From NCBI RefSeq assembly GCF_001194135.2, contig NC_068983.1:99759011-99797009 (forward strand): a DNA stretch of 37,999 nucleotides, written 5' to 3'. The position numbers were made by a program, and so were the translations under genes. The notes beneath the pieces are model-generated. The model made no database searches. It had not been told where the DNA came from and worked only from the letters and a program-made list of their open reading frames with translations. Numbering within the stretch: the first letter of the stretch is position 1; every line of letters starts with the position of its first letter. Of the stretch, positions 1-11,301 are shown in pieces. The stretch comes from Octopus bimaculoides. Its lineage: Eukaryota.

Positions 1-38
<38 letters not shown>
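1..38. repeat. (TA)n microsatellite
   Basis: Directly visible. Confidence 0.99.
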
Positions 39-40
<2 letters not shown>

Positions 41-634
41 TGATAATCAAACCAAATGTTCATTTCAAGCCACTCACCCAATGAGTATTTCTGCCAAGTG
101 CAGTGAAAATCTGTTCAGCTGTTTTCCAGTAATTTTGCAGACAAACAAAGATGAGTGGTTACAATACACTGCTTTTACTTATGCATGCAGGGTAATAATA
201 AAGACAAACTTTATTGAAAATCTCATTTCTTTTCCTTGCTTTTCTCCAAAAAAAGAAAATTGAAACTGTTATACCTTGTATGACCTTTTAAGTCAGGTAT
301 ATCTTTATTCTTTCCCTGCTAGGTATATTTTCTAATTCATAACAAATCTAATATTTTGCTTTGCACAACTTCAAAGATACACTTAAGGACTCTCAATGCT
401 GTAGTTTACTGAACAATGGAAAATCAAAATATTGATAATTTGATAGCTTATCAGACTAAGCATAAGGGCGCTAAAAATATCTTCAGGATCAGAGTTAAAT
501 TCAATGAGGAGTATGCAGTTCCTGTAGCCAATCATCAAAAGACTCCATCCTAAATTACTATTTATTAGAGAATTTAGAATTGGCACTCATGAAAATATCT
601 TAAGATTAGAGTGTCATTTTCAAACACAATCTTT

Positions 635-1566
635 CATCATCATCATTGTTTAACATCTGCTTTCCATGCTGCACCAGGCTCCAATCTGATCTGGCAAAGT
701 TTCTACAGATGTATGCTCTTCCTAACACCAACCACTCTGAGAGTGAAGTGGATGCCTTTTACATGCCACCAAGTCGCACTGGCATCGACCACATTCAGAT
801 AATGCTTTTTAAGTGCCACCAGTATGGGAGCCAGTCAAGGGGCACTGGCATCAACCATGTTCACATGATGCTTTTTATGTGTCACTGGCACAGGGAGCCA
901 GTCAGGTGGCACTAACATGGGTGCTAGTCAGGTGGCACTGGCCATGACTATGACTCAACAGGTCTTCTCAAGCACATCACATCGCCCGATGGTTCAAGGG
1001 TACTTTCAAATGGGCCGGTTATGCAACACTGGCATTGGCCATGGCTGCAATCTCACTTTACTTTCCGGGTCTTCGCAATCAAAGCATATCTCCAAAGGTC
1101 TCGGTCTCTTGTCATTGCCTCTGTGAGGCCCAATGCTCAAAGGTTGTGCTTCACCACCTCATCCCATGTCTTCCTGGGTCTACCTCTTCCACAGGTTCCT
1201 TCCACTGTTAGAGTGTGACATTTCTTCACACAGCTGTCCTAATTCATATGCAACACATAACTATACCAGCACAGTCGTCTCTCTTGCACACCACATCTGA
1301 TGCTTCTTATGTCCAACTTTTCTCTCAGGGCACTTACACTGTCATCTATGCACACTGTCATTACACATACAGTGGCTTATACTAGCTTCATTTCTTTCGA
1401 GCCTACACATGTCCTCAGCAATCATGGCCCATGTTTCACTGTTGTGTAGCTTGGCAGTTCGCACACATGCATCATACAGTCTACCTTTCCCTCTGAGCGA
1501 GAGGCCCTTTGTTGCCAACAGAAGTAGGAGCTTTCTGAACTTTGCCCAGGCTATTCTTATTCTATT
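635..1566 (-). mobile_element. Degenerate 5'-truncated RTE-clade LINE (RT C-terminus, 3'UTR and (GAT)n tail)
   Basis: ORF 1342-1575 RIAWAKFRKLLLLL..GRLYDACVRTAKLHNSETW; homologous to the younger copy at 6564-8400; stops and deletions. Confidence 0.9.
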
Positions 1567-1759
1567 CTTATTCACAATCTTTGGAAAACTGGGAAAAAAA
1601 GAATTATTTGTGAAGAAGTTTGAAAAATAATATGGTTAAAACTTACGTTTTGGTCAATAGCTAAGTAGCTTACCAGTTGCAAAAAAATAGTCATGCTTAA
1701 TATAAAGTAAAATGCTTAATAGAAACAATTATGTAGGGAATCCAAACAATATTGTTTCA

Positions 1760-2105
1760 GTTATTAAACTGTAGCCATGTTGGGAACATTGCTTTCAAGA
1801 GTTTTTTTTTTTGATTATATAATTTGTCTGATACTTATCTTATTGGTCTTGGTGTAAAGGGACATAATTCAGAAGAAACTAAAAACGGCCAGGTTATTTG
1901 ATGTACTGATTTTGTTTATCTCATGCCAACACACATGGATGGACGGACTGACGTACATGCGCGCACACACACACACACACACATCCAACAAGCTTCCCTA
2001 CAGGTTCTGTCAATCAAATTTCACTGACAATACTTTAGTGGGTTCGAGGGACACTTACTCAAGATGCTATGCAGTGTAATCAAACCCAACCACTATACTA
2101 CTAAG
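1760..2105 (-). mobile_element. Decayed tRNA-headed SINE with central (CA)n
   Basis: Partial similarity to the SINE at 9398-9793. Confidence 0.5.
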
Positions 2106-2603
2106 TAGCAAAAGGTCATTCATTCCTTGGCTTGTTCGAGATTCAGAGATAACCATCCTTAATGATTTCATTTGTTCCCCATCTTCAAAACCTGCTGCTT
2201 ACTTTTCTGAAAGTTACTGCATTAACTGCTGCTTATATTTTTTACTTACTTTTGTGAAACTCATTCTAAACTAAACTTTTCTTATATAACTCTACTCCAG
2301 TCCCATACCTTTGCTTAGCTGAATTTACTTCGACAAAATATTCATAGCTTCCACAACCATTGAAAGCAACTAATTCAGAAGTTTAATAGTTCTAGAATGG
2401 AAATTATCAACCTTGGGCAGACTGTATATTGTGCTCGTATCACAATATATATACACCAAGACCTGTACTTTATTTAAGGTAGGTCTAACAGGTTTCTTCA
2501 TACAGGTCACTTCTTGGCTCTCAGACGCTTTTGGTGGAATTTACTCAGTTGTAAACTTTCAAAGCAAAATTGTGCTTCACATCTGCACTCCTCTCCTGAG
2601 AAT

Positions 2604-2985
2604 CATCATCATCATCATTTAGCATCCATTTTCCATGCTGGAATGGGGTACACGGTTTGACTGGAACTGACAAGCCAGAGAGCTGCACCAGGCTCCAGTT
2701 TGTTTTGGCTTGGTTTCTACAGCTGGATGCCCTTCCTAATGCCAACCACTCCAGGAGTGTAGTTCCTTTTATGTCATCAGCACAGGTGCCTTTTACATGT
2801 CACTGGCACTGGTCATGACAATTTCACTTAGCTTTACATGTCTTCTCAAACCCAACAGATTGTCAAAAGTCTTGGTCACTTGTCATCACCTTTGTGAGAC
2901 TCAACATCCAAAAATCATATTTCATCACCCCATCTCACATCTTCCTGGGTCTACCTCTTCCCCAGGTTCCCTCTACAGTTAGAGA
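2604..2985 (-). mobile_element. Old internally deleted RTE 3' fragment
   Basis: (CAT)n tail, ctacagctggatgcccttcctaatgccaacc motif and ttcctgggtctacctct (GRPRK) remnant. Confidence 0.85.
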
Positions 2986-3599
2986 TCACTTGATGACGGT
3001 GATATTGAGAATGCAACTGAAAAACAGGTAAATGTCAGGAAAACGAACATCCGACCATAAAATGTGTCTCAAATATGGCCTGGTTTAACCCGTGCAAGCA
3101 TTGTAAAATGAACATTGAACAAACCAATAAACTACTTTTATATTCTTCCTTACCTCTAAATCCAACATCATACCAACAATACTGTCAATGGATTGCCTAA
3201 ACAATGCCTAATCAAATAATCTCACATCATATCATATTCAACTGCACAATAACTCTGACCAGAGTTTTGCTAATTCTGTTGCTTGCTAATTGTGACAGCA
3301 AATGTGATTTCTTCCTGAGATATCTAAGAGAGCTTAGTGAGCACCTGATACCATCCTGTAGATATATATGTCCCTCTACAAGTCAAACAACCCCCAAAAC
3401 TACCAAGTTGTTTGCACAGAGAGGTTTGTTGGTTTTACTGGCAAAGAACAATGTCTGTAATACCAAGTAAAAAGTCACTATAACCAACTGGGAAGTGTCT
3501 ACTCATTCTTGCAACATCTGAAAAGTGACCCTTAGGAAAATAAGGAATGCTTTATGCATTGCACAGCATACATGCTTTCTTTCTCAGGAAATTACACCT

Positions 3600-5010
3600 A
3601 GGACATTTGGTCACTTGGTAAGAGAATATTTGCTAACTTTGACAATTATTTCAACTCACCACTTCTGCAGATAAGGTCACAACCTTCGCAACTAGTATTG
3701 TATCAAATTCTACACTTCAAAGCCAACAAGAAAGCTTCTCTGTGGTTGCTAGAACTGCTAGAAATAACAGCTAAATCTCTGGCAAATCACAGTATATATC
3801 AGAAAAGAACACATTTGACAACATGATTTGTGCTCAGGAAAAAAATTGGAAAGTCATGGTTGGAATGCCTTTGATTATAGATCTGCTTGATCAGAATTAA
3901 TCTGGAGCTAAAGAACACTAACATCAAAAACTATCCTCAGTCAAATTAACTTCATCTGCTTCACAAGGCATACACACAAGTGCCAAGGGGAAAAACATTT
4001 CCAGCTTCTTCAATCTAACATGGCTAACAGACCTGATAGCATTCTTTTCACACCCTCAATGTGGTCCAAAATAACCTATACCTTCACTTATCACTGCAAC
4101 CTTTCACTCTCTATAGGGATCTATCCCAACCATTGCAAACATGCAACAGTGTATCCCATTCTAAAGAAGAACAACAACTCTGACAAATATTTTTCTGTCA
4201 ACCCACTTCCAACATTTCAATGGAGACAGAAACAATTATAAAATAAATACCTTGTTTTATGACAGAGTTCCTTTTTCTTCTCAACGTCGAACAGTACAAT
4301 TTCTGAGATCTATTTTCATTAAGTCACAGACCTGAAGTCTTTCATCTCACAGGACTTCAGCAAAAAGAATGTTGTCACCTTTAACATCAGAACGTCTGTT
4401 GTGTTTAACATAATACCCTCTAAGCTTCCTTGCCAACTTTGCTTACCAATAAACATTGTTTCTTATCTCTTGCCAGATGACTCCATTCCAATATGCTTTA
4501 CTGGGGCCATCTCCACTCCACGTCTATCAACTATGGTATATGTCAATGTTCTCTCTCCCAGATTCTATCTATTATACATTAATGACTGTCTTGCTATTAC
4601 TGCTACTCATTGATTAGTATCACACTTCATCCTCCTTCTATATATAGCTGTTATCTACATACATTCTAGATATCTGATACCAAATGTACACAGCTTTGAA
4701 CAAACTTCAAAAATATCCTATAAACTAGTTTATTTCAACAGTATCAAACTATTATCCAGAATACAATCTTACATTACACTTTTCTATATCATGGACAACA
4801 CCCAACTAAAACTCTTGAATGCTAGGCCATACAAACTTTGATGAACTTTCATGGCAACCCCGTATTTATAAAACTCTCAGAAGGTTCAGCTTCTTTTCAT
4901 GGTCAGAATATACTTCAGCTGAAGTAAGGCTAATGTCGGAGTAGAGTACACGCATCAACAAACATATCTGTGGGAATTACATCAAGGTAAAACACACCAC
5001 ACCCTTTTAC
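3600..5010 (+). mobile_element. Highly decayed CR1/L2/Jockey-group LINE RT remnant
   Basis: Translated fragments ADKVTTFA..SNSTL, KHATVYPILKK and VLSP..YLLYINDCL resemble RT motifs of this group; boundaries approximate. Confidence 0.6.
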
Positions 5011-6074
5011 TGAACAATAATATCCTGTATATTACACTCACAAATATACTTAAAAGAAACAGTATATCTGTAAGGCTAGTAGTTATAATATTTTATAGGT
5101 ACACATAAGTACCTCTTTAAATTAGCAAGCTGCACACCCATTAAATCCTCCTATCTTCCTTGTCTAATCCACTAAACCTGACACTGAATACCTTATGATT
5201 TTTTTAAAAAAATGAATCCCCAAAATAATCGACAGTGTGAACAGTTAAAGACTAAATAACATGGACAAAGAAAATTAATTCCCTTTTGATTAGTAAGAGA
5301 AATGGAAAAATCATTATGACCAATGAAATTTATACCCAATGGAATATACCACCTGCTAGATGGTGGAGACGGTTGTAGATGAAGTTGTTGCACATGTGAA
5401 GGAGATTTTGTGTGCAATACAAACTACAAGAGGCCTGGTTTTGTAGCCTACAAAGCATTGTTTCAGTACACAAAGTCAAAATCACAGATGGGTCTTGGTG
5501 GTAGAAGTCTTCAGAAAGAACTAAGAGAAAAGCAGGGTCGCTAAGGAGGCACAGCAGGGAGTTCAGTGTGAATGGATATAGCTAAATTAAGTGGATCAGA
5601 AAGACATTGCATGAAACAATTTACTTTCAATGTCAGCAGAATGAAACTGGTTTGGAATTGGTTCCACATTTGGTATGCTTCTTTCTCCAATGCGTCTTAA
5701 GAGATGGAGAACTGATTAAAGTTAGTTGTGAAAGTTCTGTAAGAAGTTCAAAGGAGTGGGGTTGCCAGAGTACATGTTGTTTTGCTGTGGGACTTTTCTC
5801 TCAGCTTGTACTTGAAAGTACAATCAGATGCTCTTGTTTTTGGCAAAGGTTACTCACAAAGCAGTGCAGTGCAAATGTAGATGGATAAGAGACAACAGCA
5901 AGGGTAAAAATATCAAAATTGTGAAGGAGGGGCAAAAACAAAAACAAAAATGAGAATCAGGACATGTATACTCTCCTTTGGTGTTTGTGAAATGTTAGCA
6001 GCAGCAAATTTTTAGCAGATGAGACAAGAGTGCAGATGTTTGGGGTCTAATTCAGATTTTGTAAGAAGGACATG

Positions 6075-6268
6075 TGTTGTAAATGAGCATCACTGTCATG
6101 CAAGATGTGTCCTTCATTTCCGATCTTCCGTGAAAACATACCTGGGGAAATATTCACTTATTTGGAAACAAATGAGGGTTGACATCAGGAAGGACATCTG
6201 TCTACCTCAACAAATTCTATTTGACCCATGCAACCATGGAAAAGTGCACGTTAAAACAATGAAATAAC
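6075..6268 (+). mobile_element. SINE 3' tail module (tcactgtcatgcaag...ggaaac..gagggttg...ggaaaagtgcacgttaaaa)
   Basis: Same module at 31015-31080, 33590-33655, 34346-34460 and 34735-35290. Confidence 0.65.
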
Positions 6269-6563
6269 TGGGATTGATAAAATGAGAACCAGATCCAGTA
6301 ATGTGCTAGAGTTAAAGCAAATTTACAATGAAAGAACTTCTACAATAACACTTGCCAGAAATAGCAGCCAAATATTCCACAAATCCCACCCTACAAGCTT
6401 TAAAAAATGGAGGAGACACTGAGCAATATAGTCCTAAATACACTAAATAAAAGATGCAAAAGGCATGGATGAACTGCTTTGATCATAGGTCTGCTCACTC
6501 AAGACTGATCTGGGTCTAAACAACAATTGTCTAGTGACCAAGAAAAAAAATCCAATCTTATTT

Positions 6564-8400
6564 CATCATCATCATCATTTAACGTCCGCTTTCCATGGTA
6601 GCATGGGTTGGATGATTTGATTGAGGACTGGTGAACCAGATGGCTACACCAGGCTCCAATCTGGTTTGGCAGAGTTTCTACAGCTGGATGCCCTTCCTAA
6701 CGCTAACCACTCCGAGAGTGTAGTGGATGCTTTTATGTGCCACCGGCACAAGGGCCAGTTACGCGGTAATAGTAACAGCCATGCTCAAAATGGTGTATTT
6801 TACATGCCACCTGCACAGGAGCCAGTCCAGCGGCACTGGCAATGATCTCGCTTGAATGACTTTTCATGTGCCACTGGCACAAGTGCCAGGAAGGCGGCGC
6901 TGGGCACAGGTGCCATCACGATTTTGCTTGCCCCAACAGGTCTTCGCAAGCCGAGTTTAGTGTCCAATGAAGGAGATGATGTTGGCATGGGTGCCAGTCG
7001 TTGAATTTAGTTCGATTTCGATTTCACCTGCCTCAACAGGTCTTCGCAAGCGGAATTTAGTGTCCGATGAAGGAAGGTACGCATAAGTGGGCTGGCTACA
7101 CCCCTGGCAGNNNNNNNNNNATTTTACATGCCACCTGCACAGGAGCCAGTCCAGCGGCACTGGCAATGATCTCGCTTGAATGACTTTTCATGTGCCACTG
7201 GCACAAGTGCCAGGAAGGCGGCGCTGGGCACAGGTGCCATCACGATTTTGCTTGCCCCAACAGGTCTTCGCAAGCCGAGTTTAGTGTCCAATGAAGGAGA
7301 TGATGTTGGCATGGGTGCCAGTCGTTGAATTTAGTTCGATTTCGATTTCACCTGCCTCAACAGGTCTTCGCAAGCGGAATTTAGTGTCCGATGAAGGAAG
7401 GTACGCATAAGTGGGCTGGCTACACCCCTGGCAGAGGCCTTAGATTTAGGTCTCACTTGACTTGTCGGGTCTTCTCACGTATAGTATATTTCCAAAGGTC
7501 TCGGTCAGAAGTCATTGCCTCGGTGAGGCCCAATGCTTGAAGGTCGTGCCTCACCACCTCATCCCAGGTCTTCCTGGGCCTACCTCTCCCACAGGTTCCC
7601 TCAACTGCTAGGGTGTGGTACTTTTTCACACAGTTATCCTCATCCATTCTCGCCACATGACCAGACCAGCGCAATTGTCTCTCTTGCACACCACAACTGA
7701 TGCTTCTTAGGTTCAACTTTTCTCTCAAGGTACTTACACTCTGTCTAATATGCACACTGACATTACACATCGATCGGAGCATACTGGCTTCATTTCTTGC
7801 GAGCCTACGCATGTCCTCAGCAGTCACGGTCCATGTTTCACTGCCATGTAGCATGGCTGTTCGTACACATGCGTCATACAGTCTGCCTTTTACTCTGAGT
7901 GAGAGGCCCCTTGTCACCAGCAGAGGTAAGAGCTCTCTGAACTTTGCCCAGGCTTTTCTTATTCTAGCAGCTACACTTTCNNNNNNNNNNNNNNNNNNNN
8001 NNNNNNNNNNNNNNNNNNNNNNNNNNNNNNNNNNNNNNNNNNNNNNNNNNNNNNNNNNNNNNNCTAGATAGCGGAAGCTATCAACTAAGTCTAGTTTTTC
8101 TCCCTGGAATGTGGCCAAAGTTGTTTTCTGTACATTTTCAGTGTTTATTGCTCCTGAACATCTGCCACATACAAAAACTAACTTCCTAGTTAACCTTCCT
8201 TTGATATTGCTGTACCTCTTATGTGTTGATAGCTTGCACTGGGTACATCTTATAGAGTTTCTACCTATGCCTTTTCTACAGATCGAGCAGAGCCATCTAC
8301 CTGAAGGGGTTTGTGTTTTGTCTACCTTCCTACTTATTAGGACTTTGGTTTTAGCTAGGTTGACTCTAAGGCCCTTCGATTCTAGTCCTTCTATTTCTTG
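6564..8400 (-). mobile_element. Young 5'-truncated RTE-clade LINE: open frame 7453-8400 (RT C-terminus, Cys/His finger, RLRWSGHVARM..GRPRKTW), ~0.9 kb 3'UTR, (GAT)n tail
   Basis: Stop-free frame from GLESKGLRVNLAKTKV to EKTRQVK*; RLRW.GHV.RM and GRP..TW are RTE-clade C-terminal hallmarks. Includes gaps 7111-7120 and 7981-8063 and a 314-bp assembly duplication. Confidence 0.95.
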
Positions 8401-8456
8401 TTAGATATTTTAAGTAAGTTGTTATCTAAATAGAATTAACTTAAAATTGAACTTAC

Positions 8457-8530
8457 CAAAAGGGTGTAGTATATTTTGTGTCTTCTACAGTCAGAACAGT
8501 GTGAAAACATCGATCATCAGGTCGTTCAAC
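8457..8530 (-). CDS. DUS2: DUS2 exon (dsRBD strands): VERPDDRCFHTVLTVEDTKYTTPF(W)
   Basis: Acceptor ccttttctccag, donor gtaagt, 74 nt; resembles VQRPLDRLFSSIVTV...KY...W. Confidence 0.94.
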
Positions 8531-8622
8531 CTGGAGAAAAAGGAAAGAATAAGTCAAATGGGAGGAGTGACAGTAATACATACATTATGTGAGTTTCAGT
8601 ATTTGTGAATTGTTCTCCTATG

Positions 8623-9069
8623 TTAGCCCTTTTGATACCAATCCACCCAGACTGCCCTTGTTTCTATGATAAAACTTTGTTATTTCAAAGTGATTTAAAT
8701 TAACCTTTTAGTATTTAGACTGGCCATATCCGGCCAAAATATCATAACTGTTTTATGCTCAAACTGACCAGATCTGGCCTCTGACACCAACCCTACAATA
8801 TCATTCCAAATATTAGTGGCTACCTCATCAAAATCTCAAAGCTATCAGATAATGCATGATTAATTCAAAATAATGTGAATGAATAAGCCTTACTTTTGAC
8901 AGAATAATCAGAATGCTAAAGAGTTAAAGCTTTCATTGAAAATTCCATGTTAATTTATGTTCTAAATCCCAGTTTAATAATGATAAAATTATTTTAACAA
9001 ATTCTTCATTATTTTCAAAATTAGTTGAAACAAAAGAAGTATACGAGAATTTGATAATGAAAGGGTTAA
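8623..9069. mobile_element. piggyBac-type MITE (TTAA|CCCT...AGGG|TTAA) with a second TTAA-specific MITE nested at 8704-8923
   Basis: Terminal inverted repeats; duplicated TTAA at 8700-8703 and 8924-8927; both components occur separately elsewhere in the window. Confidence 0.8.
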
Positions 9070-9139
9070 AAACATTAATGGTGGTGGGAATAAGAAAAGA
9101 AGTAGCAAAAGGTTTGTTAAAATTTAGAAACAGACTCAC

Positions 9140-9227
9140 TGTGCAGTATATTGGAGATTTCATTTTATTTCGGCAAGTCCACTCAAATAATCTCATCTTT
9201 GGAGTAATGGCCAGTGGGTAATCTCTC
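9140..9227 (-). CDS. DUS2: DUS2 exon (dsRBD start): RDYPLAITPKMRLFEWTCRNKMKSPIYCT
   Basis: Acceptor tttgttatag, donor gtgagt, 88 nt; resembles YP..ITPKM.L.EW....K...P.Y.T. Confidence 0.95.
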
Positions 9228-9397
9228 CTATAACAAATAATTCAAATTATGAAAGTAACTAAATTGTTGCTTGTGGATAGTCATTTTATTAATCTAAAAC
9301 AGAGATGCTTCTATTTATTACTTTCTTATTGAGCACAAATAAATAAATATATCAGTAATCATGTTGTAAATCTAAAATAATAATAAAAAAGGACATT

Positions 9398-9793
9398 ATC
9401 TTTTACCTTTTACTTGTTTCAGTCATTAGACTGCGGCCATGCTGGGGCACAGCCTTGAAGAGTTTTAGTCAAACGAATTGATCAAAGTACTTATTTTTTG
9501 TGTAAAGTTTGGTACTTAGCTATTGGTCACTTTTGCCAAACTGCTAAGGTATGGCAACGTAAACACACCAACACCAGTTGTCAAGTGGTGGTGGGGGACA
9601 AACACATACACAAAGACATATATATATATACAGTAGGCTTTTTCCGTTTCTGTCTATCAAATCAACTCACAAGGCTTTGGTCAGTCTGAGGCAATAGTAG
9701 AAGACGTTTGCCCAAGTGTGTCAAACAGTTGGACTGAACCTGGAACCATGTGGTTGGGAAGTAAACTTCTTACTACACAGTCATGCTTGTGCC
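9398..9793 (-). mobile_element. Full-length tRNA-headed, CORE-like SINE with microsatellite hinge and ...GACTGAAACAAGTAAAAG tail
   Basis: A-box-like tgactgtgtagt and B-box-like ggttcagtcc on the minus strand; cttgggcaa CORE-like segment; second copy at 36189-36826. Confidence 0.85.
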
Positions 9794-10074
9794 TGATATT
9801 CTTTTACAGAAAAATAAGTAAATATATTAGAACATATGTTTTAAATGGAGAAAATTACAAGAAAAAGTAACAATATCAATACTCCGCTGCTCAGCACTGT
9901 CAGACCTCACCTACTCCTGCTTACCATTCATTGCTCTCTGGTTCCAAATGATCACTCCCATCCTCTTTTCTAAAGGTACTCTTCAACAGCAAGAAACCTC
10001 TTCTGCTTGGTTCCTTCTCTTCAGCATTTATTCATCTTTTACTCTCATCTCCTAGCATAAAGTTGCCTCTTCAG

Positions 10075-10295
10075 ATTTCATAGTCATACAAACTGCATGA
10101 TGGCCTCACCAGTGTTGATGGCACAAAAAATAAAAAAGCGTCCAGTACATGATGTAAAGTGGTTGGCATTAGTAAAAGCATCCAGCCACAGAAACTATGT
10201 CAAAGCAGATACTGTAGCATGATGCAATCCATAGGGTCCTGTCAAACCAGCTAACCCATGCCAGCATAGAATAAGGTTTTTGAATGATGATGATG
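10075..10295 (+). mobile_element. Old SINE/RTE 3' tail with (GAT)n
   Basis: gtggttggcattag..gcatccagc..acccatgccagcat..gatgatgatg. Confidence 0.7.
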
Positions 10296-10370
10296 ATGAA
10301 TTTTAGACCAAATTTTTCACACACACACAAGCAAACTTTTTCATTTAGTTCTATTGCTTTTCCGTTTATA

Positions 10371-10770
10371 GCAGATGTAGCTGTGTGGTTAAAAGTTTGC
10401 TTCCCAACCATATGGTTTTGGACTCAATTCCACTGCATGGGTTAAAATAGATCCAGGTTAACCAAAGCCTTGTGAGTGGATATGAAAGCCTGTTGTGTAT
10501 GTGTGTACATGCACGCACACACACACACACACACAAACAGTTGAGGGGTCTTGCCTTGTGAGTACTTGGCAACATCACTAGTGCTGATGCCACAGAAAAC
10601 AAAGCACCCAACACACTCTGTAAAGTGGTTGGCATTAGGAAGGGCATCCAGCTGTAGAAACCATGTCAAAACAGATATTGGAGCTCAGAATAACCCTCTG
10701 GCTCATTGGTTCTTGTCAAACCATTTAAATAAAGCCAGCAAGAAAAAGGAGGCATCACATGGCAATGATG
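10371..10770 (+). mobile_element. tRNA-headed SINE with (CA)n hinge and RTE-3'UTR-like tail
   Basis: Head gtagctgtgtggttaaaagtttgcttcccaaccatatgg; tail aagcacccaacacactctgtaaagtggttggcattaggaagggcatccagctgtagaaac shared with RTE. Confidence 0.8.
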
Positions 10771-11136
10771 ATGTTTCATATTTGAATGGTGTAAACTATC
10801 CCAATCAACCACTTGTCTCAAGTGAAAAGTTTTGGTAACAAACTCTGTGAAAGCGGTGCAAATGTAGTAAGAATGGTAGAATCCAAAATATATTGTTTCT
10901 AACTAAAAACTCATTTGATAATTCCTCTTTTGTTTAATGCTTATTCTTTTTAAAATTAGTATTTATTTCTTAATTAAAAATAAACGGCTTAATTGAAGCC
11001 TAGTAATGTATGTGTAATTTATATGTACTATTGTGATATAGTGCTGTAAATTTTGATATTTTGGATGAAATATTGGAATATAAGGTTCTATATTATTCTA
11101 TAACATGTAAAATATACTGCTTTTCAAAATACTCAC

Positions 11137-11301
11137 TTATTATATCGTATAGCCATTTCTATTATAGTTTTACCATCTTCTGCTTTTCTCTTTTTCACTA
11201 AAGGCTCCTCTTCACACTTCCGTTTCAATGCCAAGTTGTGAGACCTTTTCTGGCGTGTTTTCATTGTTTCTTCATAATACTTAGACAGATTCCAAATCTC
11301 A
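11137..11301 (-). CDS. DUS2: DUS2 exon (helical domain/linker): EIWNLSKYYEETMKTRQKRSHNLALKRKCEEEPLVKKRKAEDGKTIIEMAIRYN(K)
   Basis: Acceptor ttttttcag, donor gtgagt, 165 nt, phase 2-2; YEET and I.MA..F/Y anchors. Confidence 0.92.

Noticed and set aside
81-263. Minus-strand KTAEQ string near 70-130 considered as the missing DUS2 helix
   Set aside because: It lacks the following AA.V.L residues and a suitable phase-2 acceptor
6797-7434. Perfect 314-bp tandem duplication (6797-7110 = 7121-7434), giving identical ORFs at 6800 and 7124
   Set aside because: The copies are identical and separated by exactly 10 Ns. Other RTE copies lack the duplication. This is the signature of unmerged overlapping contig ends.
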